Assembly (NCBI GenBank): GCA_964016885.1 | Contig: OZ024741.1 | Coordinates: 285,696,001 to 285,760,000 of the forward strand | Reading direction: 5' to 3' | Length of the DNA: 64,000 bases | DNA from: Eledone cirrhosa | Lineage: Eukaryota | Shown here: positions 44,270 through 58,050 of the stretch, piece by piece | Layout of the letters: each line of letters opens with the position of its first letter | How positions within the stretch are numbered: the stretch's first letter is position 1 | Notes under the pieces: generated by a model | The model's database searches: none | Told to the model about the DNA's origin: nothing | The model's input: only the letters and a program-made list of their open reading frames with translations | Made by a program: the position numbers and the translations under genes

Positions 44270-44835
44270 GGTCACCAGTTGGTGCTACTGGTAACATGTA
44301 TCCCAGTACAACCTGTCTCATGGTCGGGTCGTTGGCGACTAAACTGGCAACCCCACCAAGGTTTCTTGGTGAGGAGGGTGACTTTGGACATCCAGCAGGA
44401 CTAAAAACAAAACCTGTCAAAGGGCAAAGGAGCTCTTAAGAGTCAATGGCCATCCAAAATCACCTGGAGAGATGACCCCTTAGCCTTTGTCAAGGCTGAA
44501 TTCTAGGAGAAGGAAAACTCTGATATAACACCTGCAACCCTGATGGTATCCAATGATGTTGACTTGTTCTTCTTTTTGGTAAATATCATCTTGGTTAAGA
44601 GAGTGGGACTGGCTTTGTGCAGTACCTTTGCTCACTATAAAAGCTTCACGGCACAGGCATTGGTACCATGGGCCCAGCACTATGTGTCAATAATTGTCAC
44701 AAGTGTAGTGTTTGTACCAGAGTTTTCAAGTCGCTGGCTGGACTAAAAAGTCACACTCGTTCAGCGCATCGGTAGGGGTTCTCCTACATGGATATCAAGT
44801 AGTGGCCGTACTCGAAAACGAGTTGGCAGCCACCA
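44270..44835 (+). mobile_element. Internally deleted non-autonomous RTE (5' UTR joined to C-terminal zinc finger and 3' UTR)
   Basis: 3' part encodes HKCSVCTRVFKSLAGLKSHTRSAHR* (C2H2 typical of RTE C-termini); (TA)n flanks. Confidence 0.72.
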
Positions 44836-45440
44836 TATATATATATATATATATATATAAGAAAGACGTAAAATAAGAAAATTATAAAAATTAAATTACT
44901 TACTAAAATTTCACTCCAACTAATTAGTTTCTGAAAGGGAATAAACATGGTTTCCGAATGGAACACATGGAGAATGCCTTTCGTCATCAGGAAGTCAATT
45001 CTCAGCTAAGTTCCCAGGCGATGCGTGGACACAGGGAACTTATACAAAAATAATTCAGTGGATGGAAAAAAGCAAGCGTGGACTAAATTCAAAGACATTG
45101 AAAAAATCACTGCCTACTTGGTCGGTGGCAAATTCAAAAGAATCAATCACGTGACATCGAGGTTAATCAGTGAGGAGCGGGTGTTAAGAAGTCAGTAGCC
45201 GAACTATTACTATGAACTATAGTAGCAGTTTTGGCAAATTTTTGCTCAACAAAATAATTTGGAGATAATTATAAAGAATTAGTATATCTACCAACATGTA
45301 TATACAGATGCATACCTATGCTAGCAAATATAGGTTTTGTCTTAGTAACTTTGTGGTTCAATGCAAGTGGATGCAGAACAATTATATGAAAGACGTAAAA
45401 TAAGAAAATTATAAAAATTAACTTACTTACTATATATATT

Positions 45441-46665
45441 TGTAGGAGGTGAGTTTTATTGTAGCACAATAAAGCAATGCAAATATCGGATAAGTAGCAC
45501 TCCACAGTTTATAGGACTGGAGTATAAATAATATAAGATCAAAAGATGGTTAAAAGAGTCCCAAGTATTTTATTACGCGCATTTCAAAAACAAATATCAT
45601 CATGGGATGATAAAGGCTTTTATATCTATTACTAATATACCCATCTTTCTACCTTATTTCAGTATATTATATCATAAAATTTACTCATTCTATGTCGTTA
45701 GAGGTCCCTTATCTTTCTTCTTTTATCCTTTTTCTCATTTTCCCCCCTTTTTTTTTAAATTTCTAATCTTTAATCTGTAACTTTTACTCCCCAGTTACTT
45801 CTCAATTCATATTATTACTCACTACTGCATTTTCCATTTTTCCAATTTTCCTCATATTATTGGCCATAGAAACTATATTTTATAATATATAATAATATAA
45901 CATTAGAACATTTTTGTTAACATATATACCTTTTGACGTTAGATATTTTTTCTTCCTTAAATTCTCTTTTTTCTTCTCTCCTTCCGTGCTCGTTTTAAAC
46001 CTATTATTTACTTTTACATATTACAATACATAAAAACAAACTTAAACCCTAACTAATTTATCTAAGTTCATAATTCTTTTATTCTTCTCCTTCTTTCACA
46101 TTAATATCATTAATATTTTAATTTTAATAATACATATTAATAAATTATTTTTTTCGCACATATTATTAAACCCTTCAATATATTAATACTATTCTTACTA
46201 TTCTTAATTCCTTTTTCATAAACATCAACATCCATAAACCTCATTAACTTTTAATTTCAAAATTCTTTTTAAATTATCTATTATCTTCCAAAGGTTTTTT
46301 AATTTATCTCTGTGAGACAATGTTTTCTCAGTTGTAAAGGCTATTTCTCTCTCTCTCTATCACTCATTTCTCCTCCTCTCTCATCCTTCCTTCTTATACT
46401 CCTCCCGCACCATCCTTTATTTTCTTTCTTCCTCTTCCTTACCTTTTCCTAGCCCACCCCCTCCTTTTTTTTCCCAATCTCTTATATCCATCTTACTTTA
46501 TTTTTCATATGTTGATTTAAAACTTCACTGCTCACAAGTGTTTTTTAAGCTTCATATGTTTCACTATTTTATCTGATGAGAACGCAAATATCATCCCATG
46601 ATGATATTTGTTTTTGAAATGCGCATAATAAAATACTTGGAACTCTTTTAACCATCTTTTGATCT

Positions 46666-46670
<5 letters not shown>
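45441..46670 (+). mobile_element. 5'-truncated PLE: inverted pLTR + pyrimidine-rich 3' UTR + pLTR with hammerhead (46565-46635)
   Basis: TATTTTAT-CTGATGA-GAACGCAAATATCATC..GATGATATTTGTTTTT-GAAA-TGCGCA-TA-ATAAAATA; 45530-45612 is inverted relative to 46589-46670. Confidence 0.85.
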
Positions 46671-46730
<60 letters not shown>

Positions 46731-46742
46731 TATAAATATATA

Positions 46743-47064
46743 TAGGAAAAGAATCAGGACGCCGACGGCTGAGCTCCGGCTGTTTCAACAGCTAGATCTC
46801 GCTGTTGAAAGGTCCTGACTCTTTCCCTATTACCCATTCTACTACCCTAAGTATCGAGAATTATTGTGCGTTATAGTCCACCTGGTATCTTACCACAACT
46901 TCTTTGTTATATATATATATATATATTAAAATAACAGATTAAAGTTTAAGCAAAACTTTAATCTGTTATTTTAATAAATATTTGCTCTACGGTTCTTATA
47001 TATTTGATATATATTTATCCTTATCGAGCCCTCTTTGGATTTTAGTCTTCCAATTTATTATTAT

Positions 47065-47070
<6 letters not shown>
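46743..47070. mobile_element. Two tiny fold-back pLTR tails (PLE2-like 46743-46910; family of 51392-52447 at 46925-47070)
   Basis: Homology to 5030-5112 and to 52416-52447/51395-51468; short internal inversions. Confidence 0.65.
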
Positions 47071-47161
<91 letters not shown>

Positions 47162-47246
47162 AACGTTTTTCGAAATATTTCCTTTTGACCGAGTCATTAT
47201 GTCAGTCTATTTGTATATTTTGTTAACGTCTCCCTTGTCTAGTGTT

Positions 47247-47289
<43 letters not shown>

Positions 47290-47763
47290 ATATATATTTT
47301 TTCTATCACTTTACTGCTATCCTCTTTCTCTCTACCCCTTCTCTCTCCTTTACCTCTTGCTTTCATTGACCCCCTCTGCTGGTCACACACTCCGTCAGCT
47401 GGCCTCTTCTTCACACTTTCACTCACTCACTCTCTGCTACTCCCCCTCTCTCACTTCCTCCCGTCTGACCTGTGTGAAATCCTTTTCTCTCTCACCTTTC
47501 GCGTGGTTCGGAAGTGTCTGCCTCTTCTCGTCGATTGATTTGTTCGGACTTACGTCTACAAGATTCATTGACTTGTCTCTCTTTTCCTCTCTTTACGTTG
47601 CATTACTACCATGTTTTTTGTTTACTTTCCTCTTCCAATTCGCTCTGTCCCGATAACTTATTTTAGTTATCGCTCGAACTGATTTTGAGGTATCTGGTCT
47701 TTAATGAGAAGAAATACCAATGATAATCAGCAGACCACTGATGATGGACAGTCCCGTTTCTAT

Positions 47764-48368
47764 ATAAAATTAAAAAAGTGAAGAATAACATGGTTAGTAG
47801 TACAAAAAAGGGATTTATTTACAGTCTGACAATTGTTTCACTGAATAAGTTGTCTAAAAATTGCTGAACACTAGAAGCAGTGCCACTCAATTTAAATACG
47901 ATTTTAGCTTAATCAGATCATCGGAGAAAACTAGAATATATATTCGTTATATTTACAAGTTCAAATTACAGCATCATCATTATTTATATTATTAATGATG
48001 GTGTAATTTGAATTTGTAAATTTAACGGATATATATTCTAGTTTTCTCCGATGATCTGATTAAGCTAACATCGTTTTTAAAATTGAGTGGCACTGCTTTT
48101 AATGTTCAGTAATTTTTAGACAACTTAATCAGTGAAACAATTGTCAGACTGTAAATAAATCCCTTTTTTTGTACTGTTGACTATGTTATTCTTCACTTTT
48201 TTAATGTTATTACTCCAAGATAAACTTACATAGGAATACAAGTGAAATCATCAACTCACCACCTACGTAAACCTCTTATTGAGTCAAACAACGCCGTGCA
48301 CTAAAACTATCCATAACAAGAGTATTCACAACCTCTAACTGGATTACCTATAACGATATTTTGTTACC

Positions 48369-48371
<3 letters not shown>
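47764..48371. mobile_element. Fold-back pLTR with CCGAUGA hammerheads at 47825-47927 (-) and 48045-48148 (+)
   Basis: Arms about 47764-47978 and 47994-48210; TCT-CCGATGA-TCTGATTAAG..CTTAATCAGT-GAAA-CAATTG-TC-AGA. Confidence 0.82.
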
Positions 48372-48437
<66 letters not shown>

Positions 48438-50019
48438 TATAAATATGTGAAATGGTGTGTTGAACTATATTGTTATATTTGGGAATGGTCATGTTGCCAA
48501 TATTGACAATAAGAGAACACACGCATCATATGATTTTCACTTTATCGCTATTTCTATTGTTCGTTATTCATTCGTGTGTCCTATATATATGTATGTGTGT
48601 GTATGTGTGTCTGTGTGCGTGCGGTAGAATGTTTCTTTAAGCTGGTACAAATAACACTGGGCTGATGGGAAACTATTTCATAATAGAGATATGTCCCAAT
48701 TTGTTTTGATTCAACCACGTAATGGACTGAAATTGAACGCTAGCTTATAGAAACACTTTATTATAGGCAAAGCCAAGATCTTGTACAGGTACAAACTACA
48801 TTTCCTATTAAAAATGTTAGAGATTTTCTAATACGGAAGACGACACAGAATAATGACCGAAAATAACAGAAAAAAATCTGAACGGGTAAATCAGACATTT
48901 AGCTCTTCTTTAGGCTGTAGAAATTGTATGAATAACAAACATCTGTGTACCTTCTGTAAAAACAACAAAAAAATGAAAATAAAAAAAGCTATGAAAACTG
49001 TCTACGTTTATTAACATTTCGAGAGTGTCTGAATGATTTAACGGATGTTTATTCAGTGAAAGCCAAACGTTCTCTGAGTTGCCAAAGTTGTAGTTTCAAT
49101 TTATTTATTTATTCATTTATTTTGCTCAAAACTTAAAGTAAGTTATCTCTTTCTTAAGTATAAATCATTCGTGCAGAAGGCATCCCAGAGATGTTTCCCT
49201 ATATCATTATTATAGTTTGTCTATTAAGCACATATATTCGCTAACATTGTATATATTATCATATACACTCAAATGTTTGATAATTCTAATAAGTGTAAAC
49301 ATCCTTATAACAGGCCTAGTGTTCCTCACGGAAAACTATTTCTATTCTTTGTATCGATTGTAAGTTTTTTTATGAATCTGAATTGTCTCTTTCATATTAG
49401 AAACGTCTTGGAATTTAAATAGCTGAAACATAATTTGAACTTCTATTGTATACTTGTTTTACTGTAATCAGCTCACACAGAGGTCGCTGCGTCAAATGGT
49501 ACTTATAAATTGAAGTCAAGTAATCTGAAATACTTTTCGTATGTCACAGATACTTTAAAAATATAAACATGGCTTGGATTGGAAATGTTGTAAGCTATAA
49601 ATTTCCCCAGAGACTTAATGAACGTTTCAAGCCCCAAATGTAATTGTTCTGCAGAACTGAACTCGTAATAAATGCCACAGTTGGATAAAAACTGTGTGTT
49701 GCATAGATATGGGAAAGTATATCATATCAGAGAAACTGTGATACTTCATATACGAATCGTTCAATTTAGCTATAACATTCAGATAAAGGTCATTGCTGCT
49801 ACATCGGTAAGTTGGAGAGTAGCCAATTTAATAAAACTAATCGTGATGTATAGAAGTCTCTTGAGTAAAATTCAAGTTATTACACGTTTAAAAAATTCAA
49901 GTTCATTAAGAATGTATTGGTATGTATTGAAATATACAGAGACAAAAATGTTCGCATATAACGACAAGTGTCATACCTGAATTTAAATCAGTTTATTTTT
50001 AACCTTAGATAGATAGAGA

Positions 50020-51092
50020 CAGACGAGGCATGACAGAAGGAACTATATATATATTTCTAGGGCGGGTAAAATTCCCGAGATCCATGGACGAGTTCTCTCC
50101 AGCGGTCTTTGTCCCTCATTATCGTTGCCATGTACTGCGTCTCCAACATACCAGTGTCTGTCCTTAGGGCATCAACATACGTTAACCTTGGTATTCCTCT
50201 TCCAGTGTGTCCATGTAGGGGCACCCACAGGAGCACTGAGTGCAATGTCAACTCTGGATGTTGGTGAGCATGTCCAGCTAACTTCAGTCTCCTCTGTGTC
50301 ACTTTTGAGCTGACTTTTGGGAGGCTCCCATACAGCTCTGAGTTTTTCATCCTCAGTGTATACTAATTAATGTTCAGAGCCATCCTCAGCATTCTCGTGT
50401 AGCACCCATCCACCATCTGAGTGAGTTTCTTGGTCAGTGTCCAAGTCTCAGACCCGTACAGCAGCACAGACTCCACTACAGCAGTGAAGAGGCGGATTTT
50501 CAGGTCTTTATGAAGGTCCAACTTCCACACCGATCTCAAGCTGTGGCATCCAGGCTTATGGAATCCTCAAGAAGATAGTGGACTTGATATCACTGCTCTA
50601 CACCAACAACAAAACCCAAGTCATTACACCTGATGGGATGACAGAGTTCTTTGAGATACTGGCTGGAGTGCTCCATGGCAATACATTGGCTCCCTACCTT
50701 ATCATCGTAGTGGACTATTGTATGCGCCTTGCACTGGAGAAACACCAGGACTCTGGCTTTACTGTAGCACCGGCACAGAGCAGGAGAGTTAAGGCGAAAA
50801 AGATATCGGATGCTGAATTTGCCGACGGCATAATTTTGGTGACAAATACAGTGAAGGAGGCAGAGGATTTGATGCAGGAGGTTGAGACTGTGTCGATGAG
50901 TGTGGGGCTGAGAATGAATAAGACTAAAACAAAATATCTGGTAGAAAATGTTGAGAAGCAAGAGGGGATCACTAATGTAGGCGGCGAGCCGCTAGAATTG
51001 GTTGAGGACTTCCTGTATTTGGGAGCAAAGATTGTGAATACGGAAGATGATGTGGTTGAGAGGAAGAGCAAAGCCTGGGCAGCGTGCCCCAG
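50020..51092 (-). mobile_element. RTE-clade LINE, 5'-truncated, with inverted 5' segment (50550-51092)
   Basis: + strand RT motifs GVLHGNTLAPYL, EFADGIILV, FLYLGA end at AWAAC; the - strand resumes CHSLRSVW..VESVLLYGSETW..RRLKLAGH. Confidence 0.85.
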
Positions 51093-51094
51093 AT

Positions 51095-51140
<46 letters not shown>

Positions 51141-51157
51141 TTATATATATATATATG

Positions 51158-51342
51158 CGAGAGAAACTACAAACCATCCATCTCAATTCTACTTTTGAAA
51201 AGCATAAGAAATCTGAAACCGGTAAAGGAAACAAATAAATATTCTTAAAAAATCCACCTGCATTTTCGAGTTCATCTTTTTTCCTTGTAATTTCACTCGT
51301 GTAGGACATATCGTATTTCTTCATAAAAAAAACCCTCATATT

Positions 51343-51345
<3 letters not shown>
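51158..51345 (+). mobile_element. Solo pLTR with degenerate UUGAAAA hammerhead (51191-51227); same family as 60918-61150
   Basis: CTT-TTGAAAA..GAAA-CCGG-TA-AAG; downstream CACTCGTGTAGGACA shared. Confidence 0.65.
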
Positions 51346-51390
<45 letters not shown>

Positions 51391-51391
51391 T

Positions 51392-52445
51392 AGTAATAAT
51401 AATATAATTGAAGACTAAAATCCAAAGAGGGCTCGATAAGGAAAATATATATCAAATATATAAGAACCGTCTTGATGTGGGAGCTAAGTATATGTTTTGT
51501 TTATTCCTTTACTTATTTGCATAGGTAAGTATATATTACCCGTATGTTTTGTGAAGGTATGTATACCTTCTCGTACGTATATTTGACTGGTATGGCGTAT
51601 CATTTTTACATATTCTGGTATTTAGGGCTTGGCTATGTGTATACGGGAGTTTTGCGTCTGCGTGAGTATGCAGGTTCGTACGTATGATGGGTGTGTGTAT
51701 ATATGTACTTCTTGTTTTAGTTGACTTACGTCTCCGAACATTCGTGTATTTATATGTAGGTATGTGTGTGCGCTTGTTATATACGTATTTATTTACTTAT
51801 GTACGTTTATATAATTATTTATTTATTTGTACACAAGCATACACACACACACACACATATTTATATGTGCGTGGTTTTGTATACCTATGGTAAGGTTTTG
51901 CGTATGCTTGTGTATGTACGTATCTGTTTGCTGTATGTATTTATTTGTTTCTATTACTTCTGTATTGTATTTATTTACTTTGTTCTTAACTCTGTAGCGG
52001 AGATTCATTTGGTCTCCTAGTTAGAATTTTAGTCTACGACTTCTGCTATACCATTTACGTGGTTTTGTCTTTGCGTACTATTGTTCTCCACGCACCACAT
52101 ATGACTTATTATCTTCGTTTTTTCATTCATTGCCAGAGAACGTCTCTATGCACCACCTAAGAGAACATTAGTCTACGACCTATTTTATACCATAAACGTG
52201 GTTCTGTCTTTGCGCGTAATGGTTTTTCACCGCTCCTATTAATGACGTATTATTCGTATTTTCTCGTTCTTTGCCAGCGAACGTTTCCACGAACCAAAGT
52301 ATCGTCTTCCTGTCTTCCTCCGGTTGCAACGTTTTTTGAAATACCCAGTTCTGCGTTTACAGATTGACTGTGTTAGTTTCAGAAGATCCCGTTAAGGGTG
52401 AAAGCAGCGATTCTTTGCTTAAACTTTAATCTGTTATTTTAATAA

Positions 52446-52447
<2 letters not shown>
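51392..52447 (+). mobile_element. 5'-truncated PLE-like remnant with inverted tail, internal tandem duplication and hammerhead-like motif at 52375-52425
   Basis: AGTTT-CAGAAGA-TCCC..GGGT-GAAA-GCAG..TTGC-TT-AAACT; 52029-52156 similar to 52168-52296. Confidence 0.6.
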
Positions 52448-52476
<29 letters not shown>

Positions 52477-52480
52477 AATA

Positions 52481-52557
<77 letters not shown>

Positions 52558-52904
52558 ATACTTTGGGAGGGTCATGTTGCCAATAAGAAACACACGCAAC
52601 AATATCGGTTTCAACACACGATTTCAGATAAAGAATCTTGCTAAACAAATTCAGAAATGAAATATATATATATATTGTTAATCGGCTCAGTATTTATTTG
52701 TACTTTATACTTAGAGCTTAATGGTTACAGGGTTCTAATTCTCATATATATATTTCTGCTCCCTTACAAGTTGAGCTATTAAGTTGTGCGTGTTGGACTG
52801 TTATTTCTGTTCAATACGCTCTTACCCCGTTTGACTGGCGAAGCACGAGGTGATGAATTCATCTTTCTGTGTTGGCAAATAGTGTTTGTGGCATTTAATC
52901 GCAA

Positions 52905-52984
52905 TCTCTCGCTGATGAAGCCCAGGATTATCTGTTACAAACACACTCAGGGCGAAACAGATTAGGCATAATCTGTCCGAGAGA
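52905..52984 (+). ncRNA. Well-formed type-I hammerhead in a PLE 3' remnant
   Basis: TCTCTCG-CTGATGA-AGCCC..GGGC-GAAA-CAGATTA..TAATCTG-TC-CGAGAGA. Confidence 0.9.
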
Positions 52985-53134
52985 TATAATGGTTATTGAG
53001 GCGGTTTGTATTATTATGATAATATATTTTTATTTTCATTTTGTCATTCTGTCTGTTTCTTGGTTAAATATTTCAAGCATATGTGGTTTTTCAACCCTTG
53101 TAATTTTAGACACACGGTTTACTGTGTTTCTTAC

Positions 53135-53304
<170 letters not shown>

Positions 53305-53691
53305 TATTTGGTCCTAAGTAACAATTTTCTTAAAAAGATGAGCGTTACATTTTATTCAGGTCTCTATTTTCAACTCTTACCGGCGAAAATTTATTTTGAC
53401 GTGAATCCAATACAAGGAGATATTAGCGGCAGCAGTGAATAGACAAACAGTCTGAAAACAAGATTCATACATCACATATTATCACATCGTCACTTAATAT
53501 CAGAGAGTAACATCTAATAGTCCATCACTGCACATGGCTGTTTTATTTTATCGACGTTGGCGTGATGAAAGTCTCGGTCGATCTACGCTGTATTACAAAC
53601 CAAACGGTTTCCGCCATACATAGTCGTCGCTTCTGATCATAAAACACAAACATACTTATATCTATGTATGCATGTGTCTCTCTATTTATCC

Positions 53692-53763
<72 letters not shown>

Positions 53764-53789
53764 ACATACATATATATATGTATGTATAC

Positions 53790-53864
<75 letters not shown>

Positions 53865-54244
53865 AAAGTAAGTCCATATAATCATTTGATAAAATATATA
53901 CACTATTTCTTCTCCCAATCAGCATAATTAACCACACAAAAATTAAACGAGGCTATAAGTTTAAAATGTACCTATGAAGAAACAATAGATAAATAAATGA
54001 TAGCTATTTTATCCGCGATCACCAGCCTCAGAAGATTTACCTAGTATTTCTAATAGCCCGTAGAAATTGATTAGACATATAGCCAACCATACACAATTAG
54101 GTACAAAATCAAAGTTAGAAGAAAAAATGTACATAAACATACCAATAATTGGTATGTTTATGTACCAATTAACCGGATAGTACTTAGTACTACCCTACAT
54201 ATTTATAGTTATATCAAACATATATAAATATGGATATAAATATT

Positions 54245-54357
54245 TGTTTCTACTTTAGGCACAAGGCCAGCAAATTACCCAGTTCATTACTGGTACTTTA
54301 TTTTATCGACCACGTAAGGATGAAAGGCAAAGTCAACCTCGGCGGGATTTGAACTCA
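54245..54357 (-). mobile_element. 5'-truncated SINE family 2 with TSD AATATGGATATAAATATT
   Basis: Core and TSD seen. Confidence 0.8.
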
Positions 54358-54391
54358 ATATGGATATAAATATTACTATATATATATATAT

Positions 54392-56956
54392 ATTGTTATA
54401 CTTGGGGAGGGTCATATTGTAATAATAATATTGCCAGAAATAAAAACAGAACACACTCACTGTTTGGTTGGTTTTCGCTTCTGTATCTTTTATATCTCCA
54501 TAGTTAATTTATTCGGCCTTTAATGTTTATCATTGATTGAACAACATTCAAAAATACAGATATAAATACATATATATAGTCTAACAAAGTTCTTTCGTTA
54601 CACATCTGCAACATCATCAGTGGTACTATTATGTTTCCTCCTGCTGTATTGTATGTCTACGCCATTTTATTTTATCTGTTTATGCGTTTGCGTTTGCGCG
54701 TGTGTGCATCGTGGTTGGTTTGTGTGTTCGCGCTTGGGTGACTGTGTTTTGGTTCTTGTATTCTATCTTAGTTTATTAGTGTGTGTTTATATGTGTTTGT
54801 TGTTATTGTGCTTGTGTGTATATTTATTTATTTATTTATTTATATTTCTCTTAAGTCAGTATGGTTTGTTTGGGACTGGTTGTTGTTATTCCATTGATTT
54901 TTTCTGTTTTAGCTTTGGGTTTCTAAGCTCTATTTCTCTGATTTGCCTACCTGTTGGGTCATTTCTATGTTTAGATATTATTTTAATTTCTATGTTGTCT
55001 ATGTTACCGTCATGTTGTTGTCTGGCGTGTTCGTATAGTACTGAACCCTATTTTTGTCCTTATAATTCCCCCCAGTGTTGATCTATTCTTTCTCCTATGC
55101 TTCGAGCTGTCTCACCTATGTATGTTGTTGTCATGTTTCTGCAAGTACCCTCTGTACATCTTATGCTATAGACTACATTTCTAGTTTTACAGTTTATCCG
55201 GGGGTTTACTTTACATATAACACATTTCTTATAACAACATTCCCTATCTTATGTTTAGTCCTATCTAAGTTATTCCGTGATTTGCTCCTGTATAATAGGC
55301 AAATTCCTTTCATGTCCAGTTCTATGAGGGTCTTATACTTCTCCGTGGTTCCTTTGTATATTCTGTCTCTTTGGTTGTAGCCAGAGAACTGCATGCGATT
55401 GATGAAGTGTTGGATGTGTCTTTCCATTTCTGTTGGATCGCATATGCGGGAGACGTTCTTCATCACTCTACCAAGTCTGCGATCAGAATATTAAACTTTA
55501 GCACTACTGGATATTGCTGTGTTTTTGAGTATCAGGTATTTGGAGGCCATGGGTTTAGTGTAGTGTGAGTGGAGAATTTGGGCCCTCTCGTCTATAGTGT
55601 TAATCCAGAGTTCCGTGTCTGTTACAGGTAGTCTATTGTTAAGGTGTTTGGAAGAGTAGTCAATAGTTACAGTTATACTCTGGTGTTTGGAGTTAGCTAT
55701 CTGCTGGATGCTTTCCATTGTGCTACATTCTAAATCATGTTCGTTAGTACTCTCTTGTGGGAGTGTCTTTATTACTATATTAATATAGTCTACGTAACGA
55801 GAGCACTTATGAGGTTTATGGAGCTCTCTTCAAGATCTTTGAGTCTCCTTTCCCACCATACCATAAAAAGGTTGGCAACATCACCAGCTATGCTGACGCC
55901 AATGGCTGTGCCCTCATTTTGGGTGTAGATCTTTTCATCGAATTTGAATATATGGCCCTTTAGGATAGTTTTAATACTAGCCTTTATTGCATGCGCGACC
56001 ATGTTTCTCACCTAATCATTGGTTTGGGGTGTCCGTATGGCTTTTGTCCACCCAATCCACCTTCCCATTGGAGTCCTTTTAGTCATTGAGGTTATGGTGT
56101 GTGTGGGGGTGGGGGTCTACCTCTTATGGGTCTACTGGGGCAGAAATGGCTGTCTGGGTACTCGGTGTCATAAGTAAGTCTAAGTAGGAGGCCCAGTTCA
56201 TCTGTGTCGACGTCGCTGATTATTTCTACACATTTTTCCACAGCAAAATCAATGTTAATGGATGGGTACATTGATACCACGTCCATACTGCCTACTATGC
56301 AGTTAGATAGGGTTTTGTTTTTGTTGCACTCATTGATTCTGCTGAGGAGGTCCTCTCTACTGTCACATATATCTGGAGACATCTTAAGTATGGGGCGTAT
56401 AACCATTGAGAGGAAGTAGGAGATCCTGTAGTTACTAGCGATATTGGATCCGTATACAGGTCTTGTTGGAGGTCCTGTTGTCGGGTCGTCGACTGTAGTA
56501 TGGTCCTTGCGGAGCCCATAGAAGGGTGGTATGTCGTTGTTAGACGCTTGGAAGTTGTTGGCAGTGCGTCTGCATAGCTTTAGGATGTCAGTGCACACCG
56601 TCATGTCAGCGTTGAGGATCTTCTCTCTCCCCTCATGTGTTTGTTGTGTAATTTCGCTCGTGTTGGTGATGTGGGGTTGCATAGACTTGATGTAGTTCGG
56701 CATTCTGTCTATCGACATATTACCAGATTTATCTGTGGGTAGAGACAATACCTCACCATCCCTTGTGCGTTGCTCGAGGATAACTAAGCCTTCTACAGGT
56801 TCCATTCCAAGCTGTTGAACCTCTGGTCTGCTTTTTCCCTTAGTATATCGGTCTACTATTCGTCTAATTTTATTTCTAGCTATGGTGAACTGTGCCTCTG
56901 TCTCGTCATCTATTTGCTCTGGTATACAAACCCTATTATTAAAAAATAACTTAGCT
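54392..56956 (-). mobile_element. Penelope-like element 5 (non-Naiad; Neptune/Nematis-like), decayed RT + GIY-YIG, with pLTR hammerhead at 54577-54628
   Basis: PTDKSG, PFYGLRKDH, PPTRPV, SMDVVSMYPSI, QNEGTAIG..ANLFMVWW, FSGY, NVVYSI.C..YIGETARS; CTGATGA-TGTTGCA..TGTAAC-GAAA-GAAC. Confidence 0.85.
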
Positions 56957-57439
56957 ATATATATATATATATATGTATGCACGTATATATATATGCATTG
57001 TCTTTAATGGGAAATATAAAATTTTATTGTATAAAAATTACTAACTGAAACATATTTCAGGTAATATTTTTTTTGAAAATCATTATTTGACTTTAAGAAT
57101 TGACTTCTCTTAATTAATTTGGGGTGGGTAAGTAACGATGAAGTATCTAATTCCTGTTTTTGAGATAAGAAACAATAGAAATTGATAGAAAATACAATAG
57201 ATATATTTGAATGAAATGGAAATAAAAGGAAAAAAGAATCGGGCCTTTGATATTATAGATCAAATGAGAGGAACTCTATTAATTAGTGTTTGAGATAAAA
57301 CTTCAATTTAATTAATTCAGAAAAATATAAATATATTTAAATAATAAAAACCTGAGCGACAAGTAACATCTAATTTATCTCATATATTATCAGATAGTAT
57401 ATATTAGGTGGATGAAAGAATGGTATTTAACTAATGTAT

Positions 57440-57680
57440 TGGTACGCGATGGGGCCCACCCACAACCCCGGCGGATGGAGAAGGCGTTTCCCCGGAGGAC
57501 GGCAAGGGATACGCGCTGGAAAAGCCACTCCAACTCACGGGGCTCACACCTGCGGCTGGCCAGCTCAGCGCCTATGGTGGTGAGTATGGAGGTAGCCCTG
57601 GGGCCGAGGACACCAGAAGTTTCAACTGCCAGGGGAACAACCGCAAACCTGTCGGAGAGCAACCGGTAGAGATTTTCAAA
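57440..57680 (-). mobile_element. 3' fragment of CRE-clade (RLE) non-LTR retrotransposon
   Basis: FAVVPLAVETSGVLGPRA..LFQRVSLAVLRGNA. Confidence 0.75.
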
Positions 57681-57759
57681 TATACGAAACCACACACACA
57701 CACACACACACACACACAAGTACGCATGCACTTACACACATTCTACATCTCTCTCTCTC

Positions 57760-57806
<47 letters not shown>

Positions 57807-57867
57807 AACACACAAACACACATACATATATGCAGACATATATGTATGCATATATATATATATATAT

Positions 57868-58030
57868 AAATACATAATCGGAGAAAGCTAATAGCGATAC
57901 GCCGGCCAAATCCCAACTCACTCAAAAAAACATTAGGAAATACCTGAGTATATTCCCAATTAAACGTTCCGGGTGCTAACTAATTGTATTGTGTGGAAAA
58001 TTGACTGTATCATTTCATGTGAGATATATC
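57868..58030 (+). repeat. Unclassified repeat of about 165 bp, second copy at 62086-62245
   Basis: Shared GAGAAAGCT, CTCACTCAA.AAACATTAGGA, GGGTGCTAACTA, TGTGGAAA. Confidence 0.6.
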
Positions 58031-58050
58031 AAATATTATATATATATATA

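Noticed and set aside
47730-47760. Hammerhead CTGATGA-TGGACAGTCC
   Set aside because: Truncated before GAAA; likewise the minus-strand CTGATGA near 35770 has no matching GAAA or stems
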